The notes under the pieces are model-generated. The model was not told where the DNA came from. It saw nothing but the letters and a program-made list of their open reading frames with translations, and ran no database searches. DNA of 64,000 bases, taken from Phoronis australis (Eukaryota; Animalia; Phoronida). The DNA lies in NCBI GenBank assembly GCA_002633005.1, contig NMRA01000175.1:147432-211431 (forward strand), given 5' to 3'. Shown here in pieces: positions 53,833 through 64,000 of this stretch (positions within the stretch are counted from its first letter, which is position 1; every line of letters starts with the position of its first letter). A program made the position numbers and the translations under genes.

Positions 53833-54318
53833 TTCGGACATTTGATAAATTTGCTATAGACTACTTTTCTGAACGTCTTGATGATTTTATATTCGAATGA
53901 TGATTTTTACGCGACATCTGTTGTTGAGTTGGGTGGTTATCCCCTTTTGTATACGCCTTTGTTTTTGATATATGAGACAATATACAACGACGACACTTGG
54001 CGCACACGAAATAAGTTTTGTTTTTATTCAGCATCCCTCTTTTGTTTCGATTCTCGATACGTTGCTAGGAGCCGCAAAACGTGCATCGAGGTGCCTCTCT
54101 AACGGGTCCAATTAAACCTATTACGTCATGAGGTGTAACGTCATTGACACATCCGTCCAGTAGGAGGATGGTGTCCCTTCCGATTGCAGTTATTCCACGT
54201 GACCTTTGACCTTTTCCTTTCAGATGGATGACCTTTGACCGAGGACCCGCGTAAACGGGGCGCCTAAATGACTTACTACACTACTTACTCCTCTAATTAC
54301 TCAGACAGAACAGAAGGT

Positions 54319-54863
54319 TTAAGTCTTACCATCAGTAACGCTCCACACCTCAACATCAGACCATTTAATATCAAATCCACAGTTGAGCATGCCATCGTAC
54401 GTTACTTTTTGGCAATGGCCATTAGATGGGAAGTTCTTCTCATGCCAGTTATACCAGGTGGTTTGAGAAAAGAACGTCAGGTCCATACCATTCTTTCCAA
54501 AAGATGGGCCACGTCCTGCATTATGGATCACAGCCTCACCTGCATTCATGGGGCTGTATTTTGTTGTCGTACATGCTACTCTACACAGCTGAAACACGAA
54601 AGCGTTACTATCTACAGGCTGATGACCGACGCCTTTTGACCAAGAGACGGAGGCATAACCACCGAAGACGGTTCCAGTCACTGAATCAACCCCAATAGAG
54701 ATGGTTGGGCCCTTATTGTCGCATTTGCTATGAAATTTTGCAGCTGTCATACCGTCACTGGATGCCTTGTACAGGAGCTTGAATGCCTTTCCTGGTAGCC
54801 ATGTTCTCAGCAACTCTACATCATCTGCAGACAGCAGACTTGAATTGAGAACACTCCCCATGT
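54319..54863 (-). CDS. Gene 2, coding exon 2: TLDc domain (spliced protein ~348 aa)
   Basis: Acceptor TTTTAG|AC at 54864/54863, in the same context as gene 1. G+AC gives Asp in frame with ORF 54319-54861: LLYKASSDG..A.KFHSKCDNKGPT...VFGGY...NAFVFQL...GPSFG...DVEVW. Confidence 0.88.
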
Positions 54864-55532
54864 CTAAAATTCAAACGTTTCATACAGTAAAGCTTACCAC
54901 AACAGTTTTCTCCCATGCAATTAAAACAAACCTACGGAAAAGGCGGCACCAGTCATTTTTAGTTCACACGATTTTTATTACAGGAAGAAGGTCATATTGA
55001 AACGAAAAGTTTATTCACTGAAAAGCGAACATTTTTCAAAATGTCACTAGTAGCAACAATAGAATGACCCAAAGTCAAAAAATAAGACAACAATGCATCA
55101 TGTAAGATTCAATTAGAATTTTGAAGCAAGCACAAATATTTTACATTTGTAACAGAGCAAGTCTCCATTGAGCATCAAAAATGTGTATTTCACCTCATCA
55201 GGCATACGAATTCAGTTCAGTTACACATGATAACGATCAATTTCATGTAGGCAAAGGAAGGAAACACCCTTCTCTTAAGCTTGTCGCTAGCGAAGTGCCC
55301 GACACAAAGAGTCGCGCCCGCATGCCCACGTAACAAAGGCGCACTGAGACGCAACAAAAACATTAGCAAAAGAATAACTGAACATTTGCAACTAAATTAG
55401 AATAACAATAAGCGTAAAGTTACATGTACGAACGTCCCGTTACACATTGTTCGGTAGTCATACATCCTACAAATTTCTTCTAAAAATGTTATACTGAATA
55501 AAATAATATTTTTTCGCCATAGGCCTACATAC

Positions 55533-56034
55533 CTTTGCCACTCTCCTTTTTTGAAGTCCATATGGTGACGTCATTTTTCAGCAATTCTTCACCAACCAAA
55601 GATTTGAAGCGATGGGAGTCCACAGAGGCTACGCGACTATTTTCGTCCTGGCATTTTCTTTTCGCGCTTTCCCAATCCACTGTTACGTTGCTGAGTTTGA
55701 AGCACGAATGTTCTATGTAACGAAATTCGCTTGGACAATACAGTTTACTCAGAATAAAGTCAAGGGAAGACAATGTCTTTTCGTTTTGATATCTCCCGTT
55801 CTGAATTAACTTAGAAACATTTAGTGAAATGACATCACGTATGTCTTTCAAATCAGTTTGAATGGTGTTAAGAATTGTTGCTTTAAACTCCCGGTTATTT
55901 TGCTCTTCCTCTTTCAGTAAGGTGATGATTGACTCTTCGAGAACAGATCTCTTCACGGCAGCCGAAGCCACCGGGAGGGTCGCGATTTGATAATTCAGCA
56001 CAACGGCGACTAAGAGAAGATAAGCGCTGAACAT
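55533..56034 (-). CDS. Gene 2, coding exon 1: signal peptide + predicted coiled coil + half C-type lectin-like domain
   Basis: ORF 55525-56034 (MFSAYLLLVAVVLNYQIATLPVASA...YCPSEF...WESAKRKC). Phase-1 donor AAAG|GTATGT at 55533/55532. About 87% aa identical to gene 1 exon 1. Confidence 0.85.
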
Positions 56035-56150
56035 TTTTTGCTAAGGAATCCAAAAAGTTCATAGACCCAAAACAGAAGCCTTTTACGAGACCCGACGAGT
56101 AACAAATATATTCAACACTGTAACAGCACAGTTACTAGAGTTTGTAACGC

Positions 56151-56226
56151 CCCCTTTTAAAGTCTCAGGCTTCGCTAAAGAATAGTTCTTACTTGTCAAT
56201 CAAAATAATAATTCCGGCCAATCACA
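56151..56226 (-). promoter_or_regulatory. Putative core promoter of gene 2 (CCAAT box + TATA-like element)
   Basis: CCAAT at 56218-56222 and minus-strand TTTAAAAGG near 56153-56161, with spacing similar to gene 1. Confidence 0.4.
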
Positions 56227-57333
56227 GCCCAGAGCATGTACACATCAAGATAGGGCGTCACCATTCTCCATCAAACACAGTTTACGATTGAAAGAAACAA
56301 GACGGTTTTAGGATGGGCAGAACAAGGATACATTATAGAAAACGAACGAGGAATAGCGCCTGTAACTACTGAAAGCATGTAGCAGAGTTCAGGATCAACT
56401 GAACACATGCCTGAATAAAAGCACAATCAAAGTAAAAGAAGTTCACACTCATAATGTTTAACAAATAATAAAATTTTAGTATTTTGCGTATCTGACTCTA
56501 ATGTGTATTAATAATTAATGCGGCAATTAACCCGCCTTCCTTCAAAAGAACTTTTGATTTAGACCACATGCCGTTATAAAATTGAAGTAAAATTCTTCAT
56601 CCGAATTGGAGGGGAATTCAGGGTTTTGAAAGAAGTGGCAGTTCGTTATTGCTTGAGACATTGGTCTGCAAGCTGGTCCTTTGGAAACCCCGAACCATTG
56701 CTCATCCGAATAAAAAACAAATTGAGACCACGTTTACAGGGGTAACTGGTCTACATGTACATTAAAGCGTTCCTTCGACAGAGCCGGAGAGTTTATAGCC
56801 GGCTTAAACATGTGGAACTTACGAAACAGTAACAGCGGTTTCGACTTACCGAAAGTTGACCTCGTGACAACCTAAGACACTTTTTAATCTAGCACTAAAA
56901 TCTTTCAAATGCAGTCGGCTTGTGCGAAAGTAGCTAATCCTACCATTAGTTGTGGTATGACCTCAGTGGTTGCAAAGCAAAAATGATAATTAGGTCGCAC
57001 ACCGCGTGAGTCTGCCGAGGCTGCGTCGTGCACGGGTCATTTTATGCTGCTCAGTCTGCAGTCCGATTAACTATCGTCGGACAACAATTTTTGCTGCCAC
57101 TTACCTGACCCTCGTCCAAATTGACTGGAAGCTTCGTGCAGCCGTTTTGGGCTTGCTTAATAATTTTGAATGAGACAGCGAGTAAGAAATGAGTCGCCAC
57201 TTACTTCATACAACATTCAATGCTTCTGACATCGCAATTTTTGTTTTGAAACGAAATCTTTTCCTTAAAAATCTGTAGCAGTTCAAACATCTTTCGGGTT
57301 TCAGTGCATTTGCTAAGCTAATGTCTTCTTAGN

Positions 57334-57599
57334 TTCGCCATAGGCCTACATACCTTTGCCACTCTCCTTTTTTGAAGTCCATATGGTGACGTCATTTTTC
57401 AGCAATTCTTCACCAACCAAAGATTTGAAGCGATGGCAGTCCACAGAGGCTACGCGACTATTTTCTTCCTGGCATTTTCTTTTCGCGCTTTCCCAATCCA
57501 CTGTTACGTTGCTGAGTTTGAAGCACGAGTGTTCTATGTAACGAAATTCGCTTGGACAATACAGTTTACTCAGAATAAGGTCAAGGGAAGACAATGTCT
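57334..57599 (-). pseudogene. Partial copy of gene 2 exon 1 (3' half only; no start codon or signal peptide); likely alternative haplotype
   Basis: Near-identical to 55513-55778 with a few substitutions. It begins right after the single n at 57333, and at 57600 joins sequence matching 56686 onward. Confidence 0.7.
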
Positions 57600-58929
57600 A
57601 ACCCCGAACCATTGCTCATCCGAATAAAAAACAAATTGAGACCACGTTTACAGGGGTAACTGGTCTACATGTACATTAAAGCGCTCCTTCGACAGAGCCG
57701 GAGAGATTATAGCCGGCTTAAACATGTGGAACTTACGAAACAGTAACAGCGGTTTTGACTTACCGGCTTGTGCGAAAGTAGCTAATCCTACCATTAGTTG
57801 TGGTATGAGCTCAGTGGTTGCAAAGCAAAAATGATAGTTAGGTCGCACACCGCGTGAGACTGCCGAGGCTGTGTCGTGCACGGGTCATTTTATGCTGCTC
57901 AGTCTGCAGTCCGATTAACTATCGTCGGACAACAATTTTTGCTGCCACTTACCTGACCCTCGTCCAAATTGACTGGAAGCTTCGTGCAGCCGTTTTGGGC
58001 TTGCTTAATAATTTTGAATGAGACAGTGAGTAAGAAATGAGTCGCCACTTACTTCATACAACATTCAATGCTTCTGACATCGCAATTTTTGTTTTGAAAC
58101 GAAATCTTTTCCTTAAAAATCTGTAGCAGTTCAAACATCTTTCGGGTTTCAGTGCATTTGCTAAGCTAATGTCTTCTTAGGAGTGCTCAATGGCATAGGA
58201 ACGCCGTTGCGTGTTTAGCAGTACAACCCCTCCTCTAATGGTGCGCGCACAGGCCATTGTTATAGAGACGTTGCAACCTTGTGTTATGTTGTGTAAGTGC
58301 CCATTTGCCAAAAAATACTTCGCGCTGTACTACAACACATATCAAAAACTAACGTTTTACACGCACTTAATCACGCTTCACTACACATAACAATTCCTTG
58401 TTGTTCTATGGAAGCTAGCTTGGTCATGTGCTTCTCTTGCAACACCTGACAATATCTCTCGAAGTCTTCAGTTGATATTCTTGCGTACTCGTGAGATTCT
58501 CGCCCGTGCGCCCTTGGACGCAAGCCAAGGTAGAATTCAGTAACTGTCGCGTCTAAAAAATCTATCCAAAATCACTTGTTCTCCTTTAAAATGCACGACA
58601 GCATATCACGTAACCTCCAGAAGTCTTGAGTTACGAAGATTGAACTTGAGGCAACCCAGTTTTGTTTGCATTCAACTCAAGACTGTTATCGCTCATCTAC
58701 TGGTCTGTGTACTTGTGGGCTTGTTGATTTGCGCCCAGTACAGTCCAAAGTACAACATCCTGGACTCCATGATGCATCCGAGATTAACATGTATCCAGAC
58801 AAGGACACCGGGACAATGTGGCATTCTTTGTGCGGCGACTAATTAAATCCCTAACCAATTACGAAAAGTGACGAGTCAGTTGAGTTACTTTCGGTAGTCG
58901 TTGCTTCTGGTGGTTATAGAGTAGCCAGA

Positions 58930-61900
58930 ACAAGAAAACAGGACCTGCAGTTTGATGTAACGGGCCTGGAACTGACCTCATGGGTGTTTTTGACTTGGGG
59001 CTCCATATCGAGCTTCCACAGGACCTTATCTTCTTGTCCATGTCACCACCTTCAGTTGATAGTTTTGAGACAAAACGAAGCTTTTTTGTATTACCTTAAG
59101 ACAGTTTTAGGAGCATTTCAGTTGTACGTGTATTTCATTGTGTTTGATATGAAAGAGATGACTGTTCTATTATGACATGTACATACCCCAGGTGATGCAC
59201 TACCTACAGCATGGGAAAATAATTTTGGGGAGTATTACCAGCGATTTCCGTATATAAGTTCATGAGTTAAAAAGTCAGATGTAACAATACACCCGGACAT
59301 ATCCTCGGCACATATAAAACTGTAGATCGCCCTAAATATATGCTAGTGAGAATAGCACTGTTTTTTTAATTTCTATACAGTTTTACTCTCAGAAATGCAC
59401 CCCGGGTATATCTATGGGAAAAAATGTAACATACGCAAACTGGGCATATACACGGAAATCTATGGTTGGATCTTCCTAAACCTGTACACTATGATCATTT
59501 CATTTGAGATAGTTTCTTTTAAGTGGTATGTTCAACTAACATTCCGTTCATGCAAGTCGGTCAGTACGTTCGCGTTTAAGGCGTTATCACAACAGGTAGG
59601 TGTTGTTTTGATTTTTGTTTGGTGTTTCCATAATTTAATCTGTAATGTTTCCCCTCTTCAGATAGTCATTTCAACGGTGAACACTATTAATATTTTTTTG
59701 ATTGACGGTTATAAATCAACGACGTTTCTGTAAACATAATGAGACTTTAGTAAATTCGAGGCTGTCCATACTTAAAATTTTAGCAGAAGTGTACGACTTC
59801 CATCAGCAGAGAACTATGGTCCGTAACTGTAGCGAACATATGACGCACTGAAATGAAAACGGCCAATATAGATGAGATTGTAATTGATTAAGTATATATT
59901 AAGTGACAAGTGGAAAATTAAGTATCTTAATAGTAGATGGGTTCTTGGATTGCTTGTTTTATGTCCTTGAAGAGTTCACGCTGTCTCAGTGATTTCGTTT
60001 TTCTTTTCAGGTCGTCAGTAGTCGATTCTCTGAACAGTCGTGATCTGCAGGAAACTTATTGTATCAATTTGTGCATCACGCTTTCCTGGGGGGGGGGGGC
60101 TGGATGACACACGAAACATTATTGTGACCAAATTGACATTGGTGTGCCGTAGGAGGCCGGGTGCGCAAAATAGTAGTGACTGGGTGAGAACTGCGCGAAA
60201 CTGGTGACGACAGTGGGACGGCGATAAACTGGTGACGCTCAAATGAAACGGCACTGGTTACAATAGCCCAAGCTACCTGATTGAGTTAATGGTTATTGTT
60301 TTGTTTCATCCACAAACAGATTTCATGAGAGTTTTCACTGTCAGCAGCTAAGCTTGTGGTTAAAAACGTAAGCAAACGCAAATCTGTTAGGACATCTCTA
60401 TTTCATGACGACACGCCAGTGTTTCGCCGGTCTGCACACAATGATGGGCGTCTCAAAGGCTGCCGGACAGAAACGTTTAATTATAAAAACGATTGAGTGA
60501 ATTTGATGTTTGTAGGATTTAAAATTGCATTCGCTTTCCAGACCGCGCCATTCTATACTTCGTAAGTTGATCGCGTCTTCAGCCGCGCAGTAGGCCTACT
60601 GTAGGAATCGAAACATCCCGTAGTTTGGATCGTTCGCAGTAAGCCTAAACATGTAGAGCGATAGTGGTTTATAGTCCGGTGCGCCTCTTCAACAATTCAG
60701 AGGACTACCAGAGCGACGAACCGGCGATCACGAGCGGATCAGAAACTCCTCATTTTGCTAACATGATTGTCTTTGTAATCTATTTTGGATAATTGTTCAT
60801 TCGTGTTCATGTTAAAACTGTGCTTTCAGTTGAAAGGGAAATAAACATGTCAGAGTTAACTTGCGTTTCGTTTAGTAACTAGCAGACAATGCACGGATAC
60901 CTTTAGCATATTTAAATATATTCTCCGTGCTCGTCATTGTTTATCACTTTCATCATTGCAGTCGGTCCCACATCCATTACGGTTACGTTTATCGCAAAAT
61001 TCGTTAAAATTGAGAAAACGCATTTTTTAACCCAAGTGTACTGTGACGAGTTTTAATAGTCAACAATAAACCCTTTCTGCGGCAACGCAAGTCCGATATT
61101 CTTTCTTCAATGTAAATCACACCTCAAGGTTAGAGTGACACGAATGCGCCCAGGAGGCTTGAATTTTTAAGTGTACATATTAATGACGCTTTTCTCTTTT
61201 GCAACTTACGAAAATATGTGTTTACTTCTCGTAGACAACTCGTTTCTTTGCATTACGCTCATGCCGACTTCTAAAACTAAAGATTTAGCTCACCAATTTC
61301 GGACAACAGCAAAATGGCACATTTTAGGTCCGCCAAATTCGACACCACAAAAATCTTGTACAGCGATATTTGACGGTGAATTCTTGCTCTATTAGAATCA
61401 ATTTTGAGTGTCTGAAGATTGCGCGACTTTACCGTATGTGTTGTAGATTTGAGGATCATTTAGTCTTGTCACCATAAATAAGACTACAGCGAGGAAACAT
61501 CTACGGGTACGTGTCTTGCGTCTACGTAACACCCCCTTTTGAAGCGAAAAGAAATGTGTGAATAGAGCTAGACGTACCAATGGGAAGGCGTAATCTGTGT
61601 GCAACACTGCTTCCCAAGGTCCATATTGATTGCGCGGATTCACACGTCAGACTTAAAAGTTGAGGGATATATGATCACAACCACACTGACTGTGGAGAAT
61701 GTGTTGCTGTAGTAGGCTGGCAGGCTCGTCATCATAGGTGGGTGACAACGGGGGTCCCGCATTTAAAAAAAAACAATATGTTTTCCTATAATTAAAAAGT
61801 AGTCACCAGATGGAATACCGGAAAATAGTTTGAATGAAATGAAAGTGAAGAGATGTTTTTCCTCTATAAACATTAATATCTTTATTTAATGGTCGACAGT

Positions 61901-63830
61901 ACGATTTTGCCTCGATTTTGAAGTGCTATTGGCTAAACTATTCACTATTTATGATCGAGATATGTCGTGAGGAAGAAAATCGTCCCAGGAAGCTAGTGTC
62001 CAAACTTGAAAAACAGACCAATAAAGGAAATTTATTGTGACAAAATAATGGTATAAAGTATAGAATTGTTAATATTCTTACATGTCATATGATGGTCACA
62101 TCACGTGACTAGTACGTAAATAAGGGAGTGTGAAAATATCTCTGTCGGGAAGTGGCTTGAACACGGGATTTTATGGTAAATGCATTCACACACACACACA
62201 CACACACNTTGTGGTGTCATACTTCACCCATTTTCTCTCATCCCTAATGTGATTTATCAGACTAAACATGGATCTGAATGGTTGACCCCCCACCTTGCCG
62301 CTTGTTGGCTGTACTGTGGTCGGTGGATCCGTGGACTGATACTTAACTCTTAATTATAGCAGACCAATCGTGCAATTGCTTACATTTCAATAACGTACAT
62401 ATTATAGCAGATGAAACAATAATAATAATTTTTGGAAAGATGAACAATAAAAAGCGTCACATGATCGGACAGAGAAAGAGAATGGGAGGAGATTGAGGCA
62501 TTGTGCAGAGCTACTTACAGTATGCTGCCACCAGGATACCAAACCCTAACCCCAGGTGGCAAGCTCAAAGGGGGGGGGGGTATTTTTACTCAAATGATGG
62601 AAAAACTGCCATGTGTGCACTCACTAGGATCATAGATAAGGCATAAGGCTAACACTGGGGTATATAAATAGATAGAAAGTAGGTAGTAATGATGAGACAG
62701 AGTAAATGAATGAGAATAAAGCTGGGGTAATAAAACGAAATAAAAATTAGTGAGAAATAGGGTGATAAAAAAGATATTCACAATGTAGATATATATATAA
62801 GTCAAGGGCCCGTTTCGAAAAAACTGACTTAGGTACATAACTTTCAATCAATTTTAAGAGAAAACTTTTAAGTTCTTGAGATAAATTTAAAAATTTATCT
62901 CAAGAAGCGGATCTTAGTTGGACTTGAGATTTTGACCTAAGCTTTATCCTAATTTTGACCATCTTACCGAGTGTGGAAGTTTCAAAGGTTGGAAGCTGGG
63001 ACAAATCTTGGATTTCAATCAAAATGAACTTAAGTAAGTTTCTTGGAACGGGTCCAGGAGTGGAGGCAATAGCGGCACCGTTGAGGATTGTGTGGCAGTT
63101 GAGTGAGGGAGGTGTAGGCAACATTAAGTGACACCTGGAGAGGGTATGGGAGAAAGAATGACAGGGAATGACAAACTGGTAGATGACGATCCATGCGCGC
63201 ACCCAGGGGCAGATCCCCCTCCCCCCAATTTGGCGAAGTGGGCAAAAAGGTCCGCATCAGAGAAACAAAAACTCAGAGAAAAACGAGACAACGGCAACTG
63301 AAAAGACGCAGACGCACAGTTTACAGTTTTGAAGGTAGTACACCGTTTTTTTTTAGTCCTACCGATATTTTGTCGGCAAAAGGTCCACATCGACAGAAAT
63401 TTGAGACCTCCCGAAGGCTGGGTGCGCGCATGCGATCCTGGAGGAACAAAGCAGTAAATACTGACTGCAGTGGAGCTGAGGAAGACGGGGAAATGATGAG
63501 TTGATGATGAAGAACTGTGTTGTGGTGAGGGGAAAAAGATTTTGGTTGCATCCAGCGCACTTCCAACTGCTCGCGCGTCCCGACCTGACTCTAAACGGGA
63601 CATTAGATATAATAAAAAGACAGACGACGATTGATTGAATTTTCAGATCTCTGACTTCCCTGTATGATGGAAATGTATGTTTACAAGTTTTCTCTAAGTT
63701 GTGACAGATCAACGGGCACAAAACAAATAAGTCCGCAGGTGGGGCTTAGCGATCATGGTCCAGATTGCACCAGGTCAATCAGCTGAGGTGCCATACTTGA
63801 CCAATTGGCAATTACGTGTTATCATCAATT
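58930..63830 (+). repeat. Segmental repeat block, copy C
   Basis: Collinear with copy A across nearly its full length (compare ORFs 4424-4708 and 61398-61643). Confidence 0.9.
63192..63432. mobile_element. MITE with CATG termini and 5-bp TSD
   Basis: CATGCGCGCACCCAG...CTGGGTGCGCGCATG flanked by CGATC on both sides. The empty site is present in the paralog near 5970. Confidence 0.85.
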
Positions 63831-64000
63831 ATTCTGTGTTCTTTCAAACATAATGCATCTTTTCTATCATTGTATCTTAATTGAGCTCGGGAAACGACAT
63901 TTTCTAAAAAGGTACTTAAAAACTGAGCCTTCATTTTAATTAAAAATTAATAGTGACTTAGTGCTTATTTAGGGGCGTTTGAAGAAAATGCCCCTAATCA

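Larger units (their letters stand above)
52246..53913. repeat. Long inverted repeat: 574-bp arms (52246-52819 and 53340-53913) with a 520-bp spacer
   Basis: The arms are reverse complements with no mismatch seen by eye. The left arm runs into the N gap. Confidence 0.9.
48492..54285. mobile_element. Internally deleted Polinton/Maverick (adintovirus-like) element
   Basis: Termini AGTAGT...ACTACT. Imperfect ~120-bp TIRs (48492-48610 vs ~54165-54285). 6-bp TSD TACTCC at 48486-48491 and 54286-54291. Contains protein-primed-type polB fragments. Confidence 0.88.

Overview
This is repeat-rich, intron-containing eukaryotic DNA, most likely from an invertebrate animal (lophotrochozoan-like transposon content; species not determinable). 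It is a draft assembly with two N gaps and several single-n contig joins. The window is a tandem array of a degenerate segmental unit: unit 1 about 1.9-14.3 kb, unit 2 about 20.1-58.9 kb (inflated by insertions), and unit 3 starting about 58.9 kb. Each complete unit carries one two-exon minus-strand gene (12370-13834 and 54319-56034). When spliced, these encode ~338 and ~348 aa proteins with an unusual architecture: signal peptide, predicted coiled coil, N-terminal half of a C-type lectin-like domain, then a cysteine-rich TLDc domain. By hand alignment exon 1 is ~87% identical between paralogs but the TLDc exon only ~50%. Around the genes lie an AcademX-type transposon (14290-20147) and a deleted Polinton/Maverick (48492-54285) inserted 33 bp past the stop of gene 2, which holds a 574-bp inverted duplication of polB. 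There are also two Kolobok derivatives, several decayed LINEs, three 5-bp-TSD MITEs, minisatellites and microsatellites. All identities are by-eye estimates and no database searches were run.
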